From Alphaproteobacteria bacterium (lineage in GTDB: Bacteria; Pseudomonadota; Alphaproteobacteria; UBA7887): a stretch of DNA of 64,000 nucleotides. The notes beneath the pieces are model-generated. The model did not search any database. It was not told the DNA's origin and was given only the letters and a program-made list of their open reading frames with translations. A program made the translations under genes and the position numbers. Location of the stretch: positions 4,512,001 to 4,576,000 of the forward strand of contig CBDCGL010000011.1 of NCBI GenBank assembly GCA_965216755.1, read 5' to 3'. Below are positions 38,964 to 49,237 of this stretch, piece by piece (within the stretch, counting starts at the first letter, position 1; every line of letters begins with the position of its first letter).

Positions 38964-39503
38964 TTAAAAGGCTCGAGACCGGGCGGCGATCAATTGTGCG
39001 CCATCCGCGCCGTCTTCGGTCGGTGGGCTCTTGCGCCGTTCCGGACCGTTATGCGGCATATCGCGGCGGCGTCGATCAGGCCCGAAGTAAGACTTGCATT
39101 GGACAAACGGTCGGGGGTGATTGATCACCTCCAGGACCCGGGAATAGGCGGCGCGCGCCTGAATGGGTTTGGTCAGAAACTCGGTCACACCTGCGTCGCG
39201 CGCCTCGACCACGGTGCCATAATCGCTGTAGCCGGTGACCATGATGACCGGAACAAATCGGTCCGGGCTGTCTGCACTGGTGCGCAATAGCTGTACGAAC
39301 TCAATGCCGCTCAACGGTTCCATGCTGTGGTCGCAAAACACCAAGTCAACCGGGCAGATTTGCATCTCTTTAAAGGCATCGGCCGCGTTGGTAAGTTGGT
39401 GTACGTCTCGGATGCCCAATCCACGCAGGATTTCGGCGATCAGTGTCAGCATGTAGCGGTTGTCATCAACAACCATCACCGAGACACGTTCCAGTCGATA
39501 CAT
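38964..39503 (-). CDS. Response regulator (receiver domain with GPDRRR tail)
   Basis: VVDDN, VFCD, MVTG, FLTKP; YFGPDRRRR C-terminal motif. Confidence 0.9.
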   Translation of the reverse strand: MYRLERVSVMVVDDNRYMLTLIAEILRGLGIRDVHQLTNAADAFKEMQICPVDLVFCDHSMEPLSGIEFVQLLRTSADSPDRFVPVIMVTGYSDYGTVVEARDAGVTEFLTKPIQARAAYSRVLEVINHPRPFVQCKSYFGPDRRRRDMPHNGPERRKSPPTEDGADGAQLIAARSRAF

Positions 39504-39646
39504 TCCGCGACCCTATTCAGCTGCGCATTGGGGAAACAGGTATACCCAACAGCCGTCGCACCCCAGATTCCGGGGGACGCGTCACCGTCTATTGACAATG
39601 GTGTCGGTCGGGTACGATTTCCACGCCGCGGCGCGATAGCCGACGA

Positions 39647-40420
39647 TTAGACTTTGTAAGACGGATCGCGGCGCTCAATCAGGCGGGTCAGAGCGGCGAA
39701 TGCCAGATGGCCATTATCACTGTCTTCCAGAGCGGATGCGTGCTGTTCACAAACGTCGTCAGTGGGGCGCAATAGTGGTTCACCCGTAGCCTGGGCGGTG
39801 GTTTGGACGCGACACGCCGTCTCCAATGCATATAGACGGATGAATGCCTCCGGGATCGTCCGACCGCAGCTCAATAGGCCGTGGTTGCGCAATATCAGGA
39901 AGTTCTTGTCGCCAAGGCTATCAACCAGGCGTTTCCGCTCATCCTCGCGTACCGTCAGGCCCTCGAAATCGTGATAAGCCACCCGATCGCGCAGCGCAAT
40001 TCCCGAAAAGTCGTGACATTTGAGGCCGGTCTTTGTCGCCGCGACGGCCATGCCCGCGGTTGTGTGAGTGTGCATGACGCAGCGCACGTCGTCGCGGGCC
40101 GCGTGAATGGCGCTGTGAATAACGAAGCCGGCCGGATTGACCGGGTGTTGGGTCGCGTCGACAATATTGCCGTCGAGGTCGATTTTGACCAGGTTCGACG
40201 CGGTTACCTCGCTGTAGAGAAGGCCGTACGGATTGATTAGGAAGTGCCTATCCGGGCCCGGGACGCGAGCAGTTATGTGGCCGTAGATTAGCTGTGTCCA
40301 CCCGAGATGGTCGAGAATCCGATAAGCAGCAGCCAACTGAATCCGCAGCGCCTGTTCGTCGTCTGGAACCTTGTCAGTGCGAAAGGACGCCAGTGACGTC
40401 ACACGATGATACTCGGTCAT
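39647..40420 (-). CDS. Class II aldolase/adducin family protein
   Basis: GHITARVP, FLINPYG, VIHSAIH, MHTHT, LRNHGLL. Confidence 0.92.
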   Translation of the reverse strand: MTEYHRVTSLASFRTDKVPDDEQALRIQLAAAYRILDHLGWTQLIYGHITARVPGPDRHFLINPYGLLYSEVTASNLVKIDLDGNIVDATQHPVNPAGFVIHSAIHAARDDVRCVMHTHTTAGMAVAATKTGLKCHDFSGIALRDRVAYHDFEGLTVREDERKRLVDSLGDKNFLILRNHGLLSCGRTIPEAFIRLYALETACRVQTTAQATGEPLLRPTDDVCEQHASALEDSDNGHLAFAALTRLIERRDPSYKV

Positions 40421-40944
40421 GGTGCCTGCCTCGGTGGGATACATGTGAATGCATAGCCGCGGCCCGCCACTGGATTGGGCACCGGCGGGCGGCGCTTAGC
40501 AAATTGCCGCAGCGGAGTAGTGTGCCACATCCCTGTGTGGCGGGTCGAGCGGCCGGTTGGTCGATCCGGCCAGAACGGTTTCCATGTGGTCGGCAAGACA
40601 GTCAGTTCGGACGCAATGTGTCTAAAAAGTAGTAGAAACATGAGATGACATCCTACAGTGGCCATCTCAATTGCAATTGATACGTCTTATACGAGTATAT
40701 GATTGCATTAACACTCGTTATGAGGCATGGATATCGCGACTGACGCGTTCGCGATTTTGCGGTCTGCGGGTCGTAGGAGTCCATGTTGTGACAAAGGCGT
40801 GGTGGCCTGCAAGTCGGGGGTACGGCGGCAACTGAGCCCGGACAGGTTGACCGAACGGCGCAACCGTTGGGGAAATAAGGTTTTGTGACAGCAACCACAG
40901 CTTTGGAGCAGGGTGGCGGCGCGACCGGGGAGACAATCTGAACC

Positions 40945-41331
40945 ATGCATGGTGATGAAAACGATCAACGATTGATCTGCTTGGAACAGGAATGGCGTGA
41001 TCTTGATCGCGTGGCGGCTGAGTTGGAGCGGCGGCACGGGCAGGTGCTCTGGCATTCGCCCGAGTGGAGCGCCGGGGATCGAGATCGCGCGTTTGAACGC
41101 GCCGACGTGCAAGCGCTGAACGAAGAAATCACCGAAATCGCGAGCAGATTGCGAAAAATCCCTTTCTTGGTTTCCGAAATCCCGGCTGTGTCGATTGTCG
41201 GCGCACTGGTCAAAGTGCGCTTGCTGCGCGAGAGTCTGGAGGCGGGATCGTCCGATCATGATTTACCGCTTTTGGCGTCTCTCGCGGACGATATCTCCCG
41301 ACTGCTGAACCATCCGAAGACCCGCGAATGA
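40945..41331 (+). CDS. Hypothetical helical protein
   Basis: 128-aa ORF with GGGGAG RBS; no recognised motif. Confidence 0.55.
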   Translation: MHGDENDQRLICLEQEWRDLDRVAAELERRHGQVLWHSPEWSAGDRDRAFERADVQALNEEITEIASRLRKIPFLVSEIPAVSIVGALVKVRLLRESLEAGSSDHDLPLLASLADDISRLLNHPKTRE

Positions 41332-41445
41332 TCCTGCCGCGGTGTGGTGTTGGGGTGCGGTAAGGCGCGATCAAACGGATCAACGGCGATAACCTAATCT
41401 TTGATGGTAGTGGGCGACCGCGCTGCGCTGTTTCGCGCACGACCA

Positions 41446-41461
41446 TTCACAGTCCGTTAAC
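41446..41461. promoter_or_regulatory. Putative CtrA-binding site
   Basis: TTCA-N7-TTAAC upstream of the DUF2336 gene. Confidence 0.45.
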
Positions 41462-41587
41462 ACCTACGGGACTACGCTTGTGCGGCGGAATCCCGATCTC
41501 GCGTAGGACGATCGGGGTGCATGCGGCGGCCCAATCACCATCAGATTCGAAGCCGGGCAGAGTGGAACGAAACGGTAACTGGGGTCA

Positions 41588-42715
41588 ATGTCAGACAGAC
41601 TGAGCCGAACCGACGTCATTCGTCTACTTCACGATAAGTCGACCGTGGTTCGAGAGGAAACCGCGGCCAAGCTGGTCGCGGACTTCAATGGCGACGAGAT
41701 CACTGACGGCGAGCGGCGGATCGCCGAGGACATTCTGCGCATTATGGTTCATGACACGGCGATCCAGGTGCGCCAGGTCCTTTCGGACAATCTAAAAGAC
41801 AGCTCGATGGTCCCGCGCGACATCGCCAGCGCTTTGGCACGGGATGTCGACACGGTCGCACTGCCGGTCCTCGAATTTTCAAAAGTTCTGACCGATCAAG
41901 ACCTTATTGACGTTGTGCGGACGCGCGATCGCAACAAGCAGACGGCCATTGCGCGACGCACTCAAGTCTCTGCCGAGGTTTCCGATGCCTTGGTCGAGGA
42001 TGGTGGCGAAGACGTCGTCGTGACACTGCTTGAGAATGAAGGTGCGGACATCGCCGAACGGGCGATGCAAAAGGTGCTCGACACCTACGCCGAAAGCGAA
42101 GCGGTCAAAACCAAGATGACCCAACGGTCACGGTTGCCGATTACCGTTGCCGAACGCCTGGTCGTCATGGTTTCCGACAGTCTTAAGGAGTACCTGCTGA
42201 CCCATCATGAAGTGAGTCCCGATGTGGCCAGCAATCTCATCTTGCAAGCGCGCGAGCGCGCCACGACCTCGTGGTTGGCGGATGACGCCCAACCGATGGA
42301 CGTGGAGACTTTGGTCCGCCATCTGGACGAGAACGCGCGCCTAACGCCGTCGATTATTCTACGGGCGCTGTGCGTTGGCGACATGACGTTTTTCGAAGCG
42401 AGTTTGGCGCGTCGTGCCGGTATTCCGGTCCTAAATGCACAGAAACTGATCCACGATCCGGGTGGCCGCGGCCTCGAGTCTTTGCTTTCCGCGGCTGACA
42501 TACCAGAGAACATGTTCAGCGCGACACGTGTTGCCGTCGAGGTTGCCCATGAAACGGACTATGACGGGGGCGACAATGACCGCGAGCGTTACCGTCGCCG
42601 CATGGTTGAACGGATCTTGACCCAGTACGCCGATATTGACGCTCCGGATCTTGAGTATCTGCTTGGGATGTTAGCGGCGCAAGCTGGATCAGCGTCGCAG
42701 CACGCAGCGGCCTGA
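41588..42715 (+). CDS. DUF2336 family protein
   Basis: LARDVDTVALPVLEFSKVLTDQDL, AIARR..VSAEVSDALV, LLENEGA, LTPSIILRALCVGD; C-terminal AAA. Confidence 0.88.
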   Translation: MSDRLSRTDVIRLLHDKSTVVREETAAKLVADFNGDEITDGERRIAEDILRIMVHDTAIQVRQVLSDNLKDSSMVPRDIASALARDVDTVALPVLEFSKVLTDQDLIDVVRTRDRNKQTAIARRTQVSAEVSDALVEDGGEDVVVTLLENEGADIAERAMQKVLDTYAESEAVKTKMTQRSRLPITVAERLVVMVSDSLKEYLLTHHEVSPDVASNLILQARERATTSWLADDAQPMDVETLVRHLDENARLTPSIILRALCVGDMTFFEASLARRAGIPVLNAQKLIHDPGGRGLESLLSAADIPENMFSATRVAVEVAHETDYDGGDNDRERYRRRMVERILTQYADIDAPDLEYLLGMLAAQAGSASQHAAA

Positions 42716-42911
42716 CCCTGCCGGTGGCGCCGGCACGCGCCGACGCGCCCCAGATTATGTGACCACCGTCACCAAGCGGTTCGATTCGAACCGGTGGCGT
42801 TTGGCAAAAACTCGTCAAACAGCGTCACGCCTATCATATCGCTGGCAAACCGGACATGCCGCCACGGGCGTGATCCGGCGTTGCCGCTGCCCAGAAGGAA
42901 CTAGGCCGACC

Positions 42912-43067
42912 ATGAAGCTCAACGAAAACTATCACCAGGAACTTGCCCAACGTCTCATCGACGCCCTCGGAATCGCGCAGGCTATTGAGACCGCCAAGGC
43001 GAACCACTGGGATGCGGTTCTGGCACTGGTCGAAGGCAAACCGAACGGGTCGCCCGCAGACCGATAG
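42912..43067 (+). CDS. Small hypothetical protein (51 aa)
   Basis: AAGGA RBS; MKLNENYHQELAQRLIDALG...NHWDAVL. Confidence 0.55.
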   Translation: MKLNENYHQELAQRLIDALGIAQAIETAKANHWDAVLALVEGKPNGSPADR

Positions 43068-43177
43068 CACCGCGCAAACGCTTGCGCTTGGACGCCCGCA
43101 TCGCAATGATCACCTCGCGATCGGGGGCCGCGCAATAGGTCTGGTGCCGATCGCCTGGTACAGGGGAGCGGGCCGAA

Positions 43178-43663
43178 ATGTTTGCGTGGATGAGACTATG
43201 TTTTTCGTTTTTCGTGATTGGTATTGCTGGTTGTGCGGCGGTATCCGACGCAAAGTCGCCGGATGTCAGGCTGGCGGATTTGAAGCTGCTCAGCAGTGGC
43301 TTGTTCGAACAGCGCTTTCAGCTGGATCTGCGGGTATCGAACCCCAACGATTTTGCGCTTCGCCTGGACGGCCTGACGTTCAATCTTGATCTAAATGACG
43401 CGTCATTCGCGACTGGCCAGTCCGATCAGAACGTGACCGTGCCCAGCCTTGGTGAAACATTGGTCTCCGTCCAAGCGTCAACGACGTTTCTGGACGTCGC
43501 GCAGCAAGTGCTCGCCCTAACCGAGGGTGGAAATGTCAAATACCGGCTCAGTGGGATTGCGTTTCTGCGCGGTCTGGGACGCAACGAAGTGCCCTATGAG
43601 AAGGAGGGCTCGCTGCGCCTTTTCGACGCGCTGGGGGGCGGCCGGACGTTGGTTCCGCGCTAG
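43178..43663 (+). CDS. LEA_2/WHy-domain lipoprotein
   Basis: Lipobox IAGC; LFEQRFQLDLRVSNPNDF. Confidence 0.87.
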   Translation: MFAWMRLCFSFFVIGIAGCAAVSDAKSPDVRLADLKLLSSGLFEQRFQLDLRVSNPNDFALRLDGLTFNLDLNDASFATGQSDQNVTVPSLGETLVSVQASTTFLDVAQQVLALTEGGNVKYRLSGIAFLRGLGRNEVPYEKEGSLRLFDALGGGRTLVPR

Positions 43664-43674
43664 CGCAGGCGCCC

Positions 43675-44442
43675 CTAAAAGGGTGGCTGAAACTTGGCCA
43701 GCCGCGCTTGGGCAGCACGCACCACCGTCACATAGGGGCCGTACTTGCTCAGGGTGAGTTCCGTCCCCGCGTTTTCCGCCAATTCCGCGACCAATTGTGC
43801 GTGTTGGTCGGGCGGCGGGAGGATCTCGTATCCGGCCGGATCCTCGACATAACGCGCGATGGCGGACTTGGCGCCGACGAACGCACCGCCGATGCTGGCA
43901 TCCAACAAATCGCGCCGATATTCAGCGGTAATTGGGTGTTTGGGAACCGCGCCGTTCCAATGTTCGATTTCGCGCGACATGCCCTCCAGATACGGGCGAC
44001 AGTGGCTGTATGCGCGTTCGACCACCGCCGTGAGCGGACGTTCAAACGCCTCTGTGTCGCCGTTCCTTAGGAGGTCGGTCAAAGTCGCGTCGGTTGCCAC
44101 ACCCGTTACGGTAACCGACCCAACACAACCGAAGTGAAGCTGCTTCCACGGTTCCAACACGCGCTCGGCCGCGCCAAACAACTTCGGCCGGTCGGTTCGG
44201 TCGGCCTGAGAAATCGGGGTGATGTCTTGGCCCAATGTGCGGCCGCTGAAACATAACCCGATCGCCAACGCGGCCAACGACACGGTAACAAGGTGGGGCA
44301 CAGCATGAGGGCTTCGGCCGCGGCGGCAATACCCGCGGACAACTTCACCCAGTTGCCCAAGAGTTGTGATCATCGGCCATAGCCTCCGCGCAAGCGATCC
44401 GTCATCAAGGCCCGAACGCGACCCGATCCGCCGCATCGCCAA
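43675..44442 (-). CDS. Hypothetical exported protein (start uncertain)
   Basis: Long ORF with a hydrophobic signal-like segment; no family recognised. Confidence 0.45.
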   Translation of the reverse strand: MAMRRIGSRSGLDDGSLARRLWPMITTLGQLGEVVRGYCRRGRSPHAVPHLVTVSLAALAIGLCFSGRTLGQDITPISQADRTDRPKLFGAAERVLEPWKQLHFGCVGSVTVTGVATDATLTDLLRNGDTEAFERPLTAVVERAYSHCRPYLEGMSREIEHWNGAVPKHPITAEYRRDLLDASIGGAFVGAKSAIARYVEDPAGYEILPPPDQHAQLVAELAENAGTELTLSKYGPYVTVVRAAQARLAKFQPPF

Positions 44443-44615
44443 ACAATTGCGATCACGATTTAGCCTTCGGTCGGCCGCTGGTCGAGCGCATGATTATAGG
44501 CTATCAACGGGATCGACCATAGTTGAAGGCGCAGCCCGATGGCATAATGTGTGGCTGCGGGTACTATGGCATTCTAGCATTTGTGCCGATTATCTGAACC
44601 TTGAGAGAACGAGAC

Positions 44616-45410
44616 ATGATCGCGTACCGAATGGTCACCGCGTTATTTGGGTTCGTGGTATATGGGGCTCTTACTTCGGGGGTCCATGCTGCTGCCAGTG
44701 ACGATCCATTGGACTCGGCGCTTTGGCCGGAAATCTTTGCTATGGCCTTCGGTGAAAGTGAGCATGTCGCGGTGGTCTTTGACGACGCAATGCGTTTGAT
44801 GATGCCTGAGGTCGTGGAGGACGCACACCAGGTTCCGGTTATGGTCAAGATTCCTTCCGATCTGGGGACCGTGCGGGAATTTGTGCTGCTTGCCGAGAAT
44901 AATCCCATTCAAATGGTGACACGGGCTTTTCCGCACCGTCCGATCGAGGCGATCGGCATGAATATTCGGCTCGAAATGTCGACGCCTGTGCGGGCGGCGG
45001 CGCTGACCGGTGACGGCGTCTGGCACGTCAGTTCCGTCGCGGTGACGGTCATGGCGCCCGGTGGCTGTTCCATCGCATTACCTGGCGCCGGTGACGAGGT
45101 CGGCGAGGTGGCGCTAAAGACGTTTGATCGTGTCGGTGGGGCGGGCCGCGCCAAGGTGCGCATATTGCACCCAATGCACACAGGATTTGCGACCAACGAT
45201 GCGGGGAGCCTGATCCCTGCGTTCTATGTCGACCGCCTTGAAATCGCAGACGACGATGGGCCGATCGTTGACATGATCACCTGGGCGGCGATGGCGTCCG
45301 ATCCGACCATAATTCTCGATTTGCCTGCGCGTCGGCAGAGCCTGCGCATCACGGCCAGCGATTCCGAAGGCGGCCTGTTCGAGGCTTATGAGAACGCGCC
45401 GTCAATGTAA
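44616..45410 (+). CDS. Fused SoxY-SoxZ-like carrier protein
   Basis: Signal peptide; ENNP, IRLEMSTPVRAAA, GGC swinging-arm motif, then HPMHTG and SDP SoxZ-like half. Confidence 0.82.
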   Translation: MIAYRMVTALFGFVVYGALTSGVHAAASDDPLDSALWPEIFAMAFGESEHVAVVFDDAMRLMMPEVVEDAHQVPVMVKIPSDLGTVREFVLLAENNPIQMVTRAFPHRPIEAIGMNIRLEMSTPVRAAALTGDGVWHVSSVAVTVMAPGGCSIALPGAGDEVGEVALKTFDRVGGAGRAKVRILHPMHTGFATNDAGSLIPAFYVDRLEIADDDGPIVDMITWAAMASDPTIILDLPARRQSLRITASDSEGGLFEAYENAPSM

Positions 45411-45426
45411 ATGACGGCGCGCTCGA

Positions 45427-45933
45427 TCAAAGTCGATCACCATATTTTGCTTCATGGGCGGCTTTGGCTTGGGAAATCCAATCGTCTTGACGAATACGAT
45501 CCGGGAAACTCTTCAACACCTCCGCCACGCGGGCGATATCGTCATCGGTAAATTGGCCTATCTGGCGATAGGTGGTGATGCCCAAGCTATTTAGCCGTTT
45601 CTCCAAGACCGGACCTATCCCTTTGATTTTTTTTAGATCATCTGGTTCGGTCGTAGCTGTCGCGGGCGGCGACCAAGCCACAGGCGTAGCGTCGGCGGCG
45701 GCGGCGGCGTCCGAGGTCAACTCCAACTCGTGAATGCGGGCGTCGCGTGCACGAACCTGTTCCTCTAGGTCGCCTATCTCTGCGCGCAGGCGATCTTCAT
45801 TCGCCGAAACCGTGGCCGGTTGCGCGATTTCTGCCGCCGACCAATCTGCGGCAGCCATGTCTTGGCGCGCGCGTCGTTCGCGCAGCATCCAACCCAAAAT
45901 AAACCCCAAGATACCCCCGACGATGAACCACAT
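45427..45933 (-). CDS. Membrane-anchored protein with helix-hairpin-helix domain (COG3743-like)
   Basis: N-terminal TM MWFIVGGILGFILGW, coiled coil, DDLKKIKGIGPVLEKRLNSLGITTYRQI, DDWISQA. Confidence 0.82.
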   Translation of the reverse strand: MWFIVGGILGFILGWMLRERRARQDMAAADWSAAEIAQPATVSANEDRLRAEIGDLEEQVRARDARIHELELTSDAAAAADATPVAWSPPATATTEPDDLKKIKGIGPVLEKRLNSLGITTYRQIGQFTDDDIARVAEVLKSFPDRIRQDDWISQAKAAHEAKYGDRL

Positions 45934-46185
45934 GCCGTCCCCCAATTCGACGTTCGATCTGACGCAGTATGTGCCTGGCGCCATTCTCACCGGCGGTGGC
46001 GCTCGGCGCAACGGTGCTGCACATCGCACAGTAATCTGCCGACCCACCATATGGCGTTTGCGTGGCCAATCGGCATCATTCGGCAAAGGTTCACCACGAT
46101 ACCTCGCCGATTGCAGCAAGAGACCCCATTCTGTATCGGGGAGCCCCATTTCACGGGTTGCGGGGCACGCAGAAAGAGGCGCGTC

Positions 46186-47034
46186 GTGCCCAGCTATATC
46201 GACCGATTTCACGAGCAAGGGTTCGCGGTGATACGCGGCGTGTTCAGCGTTGAAGAGGTCCGCGCCATGCAAAACGCATTCGACCGCGTATACGCCCGGG
46301 CGATGGATTATGGGGCCACATTTCGCCACCAAAACGTCCTGTATCGCCTCACCGACGACAAGAACCTGGGCCGTATCGTGCGCATGGTCCAATGGCCCTC
46401 TTACGTCGATCCGGCTTTGGCCGCAATTCGAATCGATAAAAGAGTTTGCGATATATTGAAGCCACTTATAGGAAATAATTTGAAGCAAATTATCAATCAG
46501 ATGCACTGGAAACCGCCGGGTGCGGAGTCTGTTGAGTTTGGCTATCACCAAGATATTCGATTTCGTCGTCCACGATCGGCGTATAGGAGGCCGAGTGCCT
46601 CATACATTCAGACCGGCATCGCAGTTGATCCCCATTCCATGGCCAACGGTGCCATGGTCTTTTGTCCCGGGAGCCACAAGCGTGGCGAGGTGAACATCGA
46701 CCCGGCGACGCGCGTCATGGATCGGCCGCTGACAGACGCCGATCTGACCAAAATCGGCATTGACCCCGCGACGAAAGTCAGCCTGGACTTGGCGCCTGGC
46801 GATCTCGCTCTATGGCATCTTCTGGCCATTCATGGCTCCGGCGAAAACCGCGCCCCGATCGACCGGCGGCTTTACATCAACGGCTATGTGATCGCGGACC
46901 GTTGCGACCGCGGCGAATGGGCCTTTCGCAATGGCGTACCGATACAGCTGGGCACGCCGGTGCTGGTCCACTATGAGCAACTCTACGAACGACCCGAACC
47001 GCACTATGTCGATCAACCGCCACCAAACGATTGA
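46186..47034 (+). CDS. Phytanoyl-CoA dioxygenase (PhyH) family Fe(II)/2OG enzyme
   Basis: FHEQGF, YHQD (HxD), PGSHK, IHGSGEN...RR; GTG start after AGAGG. Confidence 0.88.
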   Translation: MPSYIDRFHEQGFAVIRGVFSVEEVRAMQNAFDRVYARAMDYGATFRHQNVLYRLTDDKNLGRIVRMVQWPSYVDPALAAIRIDKRVCDILKPLIGNNLKQIINQMHWKPPGAESVEFGYHQDIRFRRPRSAYRRPSASYIQTGIAVDPHSMANGAMVFCPGSHKRGEVNIDPATRVMDRPLTDADLTKIGIDPATKVSLDLAPGDLALWHLLAIHGSGENRAPIDRRLYINGYVIADRCDRGEWAFRNGVPIQLGTPVLVHYEQLYERPEPHYVDQPPPND

Positions 47035-47175
47035 AAAGTCGAGGTTTGAAATTTACCTCCTCCTAACAGAGCTCGCATAGCATTAGGGACGCCAGGCATC
47101 CGGGTGCCACACGGGACGCTTTTTTGCAGAAGGCCAGCGACCTTGATCCAGCAGTTTCCGCCGCGGCGTTCCGCG

Positions 47176-48627
47176 ATGAACCGGCCCACCGAGGACGCCA
47201 ATCGAACCCAAGATAAGGGCCTGGAAGGATTGGTCCGAGCCAGTTTCGGGGATCATCGGCTTTATCGCACCGTGCTCGAGAATATAACCGACGCCCTATA
47301 TGTGCGCGGGCCTGGCCGTGAACTGTTGTATATGAACCCGGCCGCCGAGCGCCTGACGGGCTGGTCACGTACCAAAGCCGAGGTTTTACCCTGCTACGAG
47401 GTGTTTGGCGACGTTGGCCAGGCTTGCAATCGCAATTGTCCCGTCGACCGCGCGTGCGCTGAGAGAACAAGTGTCACACATGTCGAGGGCAATGTGGTTC
47501 GAAAGGATGGCACCAAATTGCCCGTCGCAGCGTCGATATCGCCCGTGTACGAGGGCGATCATGTCGTTGCCTCGATTGTCTTGTTGTCGGATTTGACGGA
47601 GTTGCAGGCGCTGCAACGGGCGAATAACGATGCCCTGACGCGGCTCGCGAAGATGCACGAGGCGCTGCAAAAGAGCGAGAGCCTGTTCCGTGATTTCGCG
47701 GAGGTTTCTTCGGATTGGTTTTGGGAAACTGATGAAGAACATCGCTTCAGGGACGTCTTTGGCGAATCCTTAAGCCCTCCGAGTTCTTTTCTAGGCAAGA
47801 CACGTCGGGATGTGATCGCACACGATGTGGCGCCGGATGTTTGGTCCACTCATGAGGAAGATCTGGCGGCGCGCCGTTCGTTCCGCGACTTTGTTTATCC
47901 AATGCGAGGGCCCGGTGGTCATTTGGTTTGGGTCCGCATTTCCGGCAAGCCCATACAGTGCGCCGACGGCTCGTTCGCAGGCTATCGCGGCGTCGGTCAT
48001 GATGTGACCGCCGAAATGGAAGCCCGACGGCGCATTGAACGCTTGGCCAGCTATGATGATTTGACCGGTTTGGCCAATCGCCGCCTGTTTGATGATCTAT
48101 TGGCAAAATCAATTGCCCGCGCGACCCGAGATCGGCGAATGCTGGCGCTTTTGATGATCGATCTTGACGGGTTTAAGGCTGTCAACGACGGTTTCGGACA
48201 TCAAGCGGGTGATGCGCTCTTGATCGACGTTGGCGACCGTCTGACGGTGGCGGTACGCGCCAGTGACACCGTTGCGCGCTTGGGCGGCGATGAATTCGCG
48301 GTGATCGTGCCCGATGCCGCGGATCAACGGGCGATTACCGCGGTGGCCCAGAAAATCGTGTCGGCGGTTCGACAACCGGTCACAATAGGTGACAACGAGG
48401 TGGCGGTATCTGCGAGCGTCGGTATCGCTGTCTATCCGGATGACGCGGTCGACCCGGCGGTCTTGTTCCGGCGCGCTGACATGGCGATGTACGCGGCCAA
48501 AAATGCCGGCAAAAACAACTATGTCAGGTACGTGCCTCCACCGTCGACCGAGCTATCCAAGGATCCGGCGGGCGTGTCGAATCCGTTGAGAGATCGCAGG
48601 CGTGCGCGCAAACAGGCGCGCACGTGA
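47176..48627 (+). CDS. PAS-PAS diguanylate cyclase
   Basis: Two PAS domains; DDLTGLANR, DLDGFKAVND, RASD I-site, RLGGDEF. Confidence 0.93.
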   Translation: MNRPTEDANRTQDKGLEGLVRASFGDHRLYRTVLENITDALYVRGPGRELLYMNPAAERLTGWSRTKAEVLPCYEVFGDVGQACNRNCPVDRACAERTSVTHVEGNVVRKDGTKLPVAASISPVYEGDHVVASIVLLSDLTELQALQRANNDALTRLAKMHEALQKSESLFRDFAEVSSDWFWETDEEHRFRDVFGESLSPPSSFLGKTRRDVIAHDVAPDVWSTHEEDLAARRSFRDFVYPMRGPGGHLVWVRISGKPIQCADGSFAGYRGVGHDVTAEMEARRRIERLASYDDLTGLANRRLFDDLLAKSIARATRDRRMLALLMIDLDGFKAVNDGFGHQAGDALLIDVGDRLTVAVRASDTVARLGGDEFAVIVPDAADQRAITAVAQKIVSAVRQPVTIGDNEVAVSASVGIAVYPDDAVDPAVLFRRADMAMYAAKNAGKNNYVRYVPPPSTELSKDPAGVSNPLRDRRRARKQART

Positions 48628-48674
48628 TGCGCGTGGCACGCACGCCGGCGACTTAGACGGTTCGGCCGCGAATT

Positions 48675-48824
48675 CTATTCCTGGGCTTCTTTTTCGATCG
48701 CCTCGCCAGCCTTTTGAACATCTCTGCCGAAACCCTCGGCGGTGTTGCATCCTGTCAAGGAAAGCAGCGCCAAAGTGACGACCGTCACCGCCAATGCCGA
48801 CCAGTTGCGTGACAAACGTAACAT
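48675..48824 (-). CDS. Entericidin A/B family lipoprotein
   Basis: LTGCNTAEGFGRDVQKAGEAIE; AAGGAGG RBS. Confidence 0.88.
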   Translation of the reverse strand: MLRLSRNWSALAVTVVTLALLSLTGCNTAEGFGRDVQKAGEAIEKEAQE

Positions 48825-48973
48825 GTTTCCTCCTTCCCGGATTCTGCCCGTGACTGTGGTCTTTGGTCCCCGACCGTGCAGCCTATCAAAGTGTAGCAAC
48901 TTGCCCGCGGGGACGTCCGAACCAAGTTTACTTATGACATACGGGCATTTAACGCAAAATCGGGGGCAAGAAC

Positions 48974-49237
48974 ATGATCCATGACGATGTGGAGATCGAC
49001 GAACCGGAAGGTATGTGGCGGATCTGGGTTGACCGCGATCCATCCGGTGCGTTTCGGCGCTTGTGCATTGGCCAATCGCCACCAGAGGCTGCCGAAGTCT
49101 TGTTCGAGAGCGAGAACATTGATGTCGTCCAACGACAGAAATGGGCGATCGAATGGCGGATCGCGAATGGGCAGCAGGATCTCGGCAACGACGAGGATCA
49201 GGCGCCTGTGGCCACCACCGGCACAACCGGCCGCTAG
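48974..49237 (+). CDS. Hypothetical protein
   Basis: 87-aa ORF divergent from the entericidin gene; no motif recognised. Confidence 0.45.
   Translation: MIHDDVEIDEPEGMWRIWVDRDPSGAFRRLCIGQSPPEAAEVLFESENIDVVQRQKWAIEWRIANGQQDLGNDEDQAPVATTGTTGR

Noticed and set aside
40620-40940. Riboswitch or sRNA in the long aldolase/hypothetical intergenic region
   Set aside because: It has short palindromes (CAATTGCAATTG; ACGAGT...ACTCGT) but no RNA family motif I can recognise; an Rfam/Infernal search would be needed.
45820-46551. Apparent long overlap between ORFs 45427-46551(-) and 45820-47034(+)
   Set aside because: The realistic starts are 45933 (-) and 46186 (+), giving ordinary divergent genes.
48675-48824. 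Entericidin toxin-antitoxin pair
   Set aside because: Only one EcnA/B-type gene is present; single copies are common in alphaproteobacteria.
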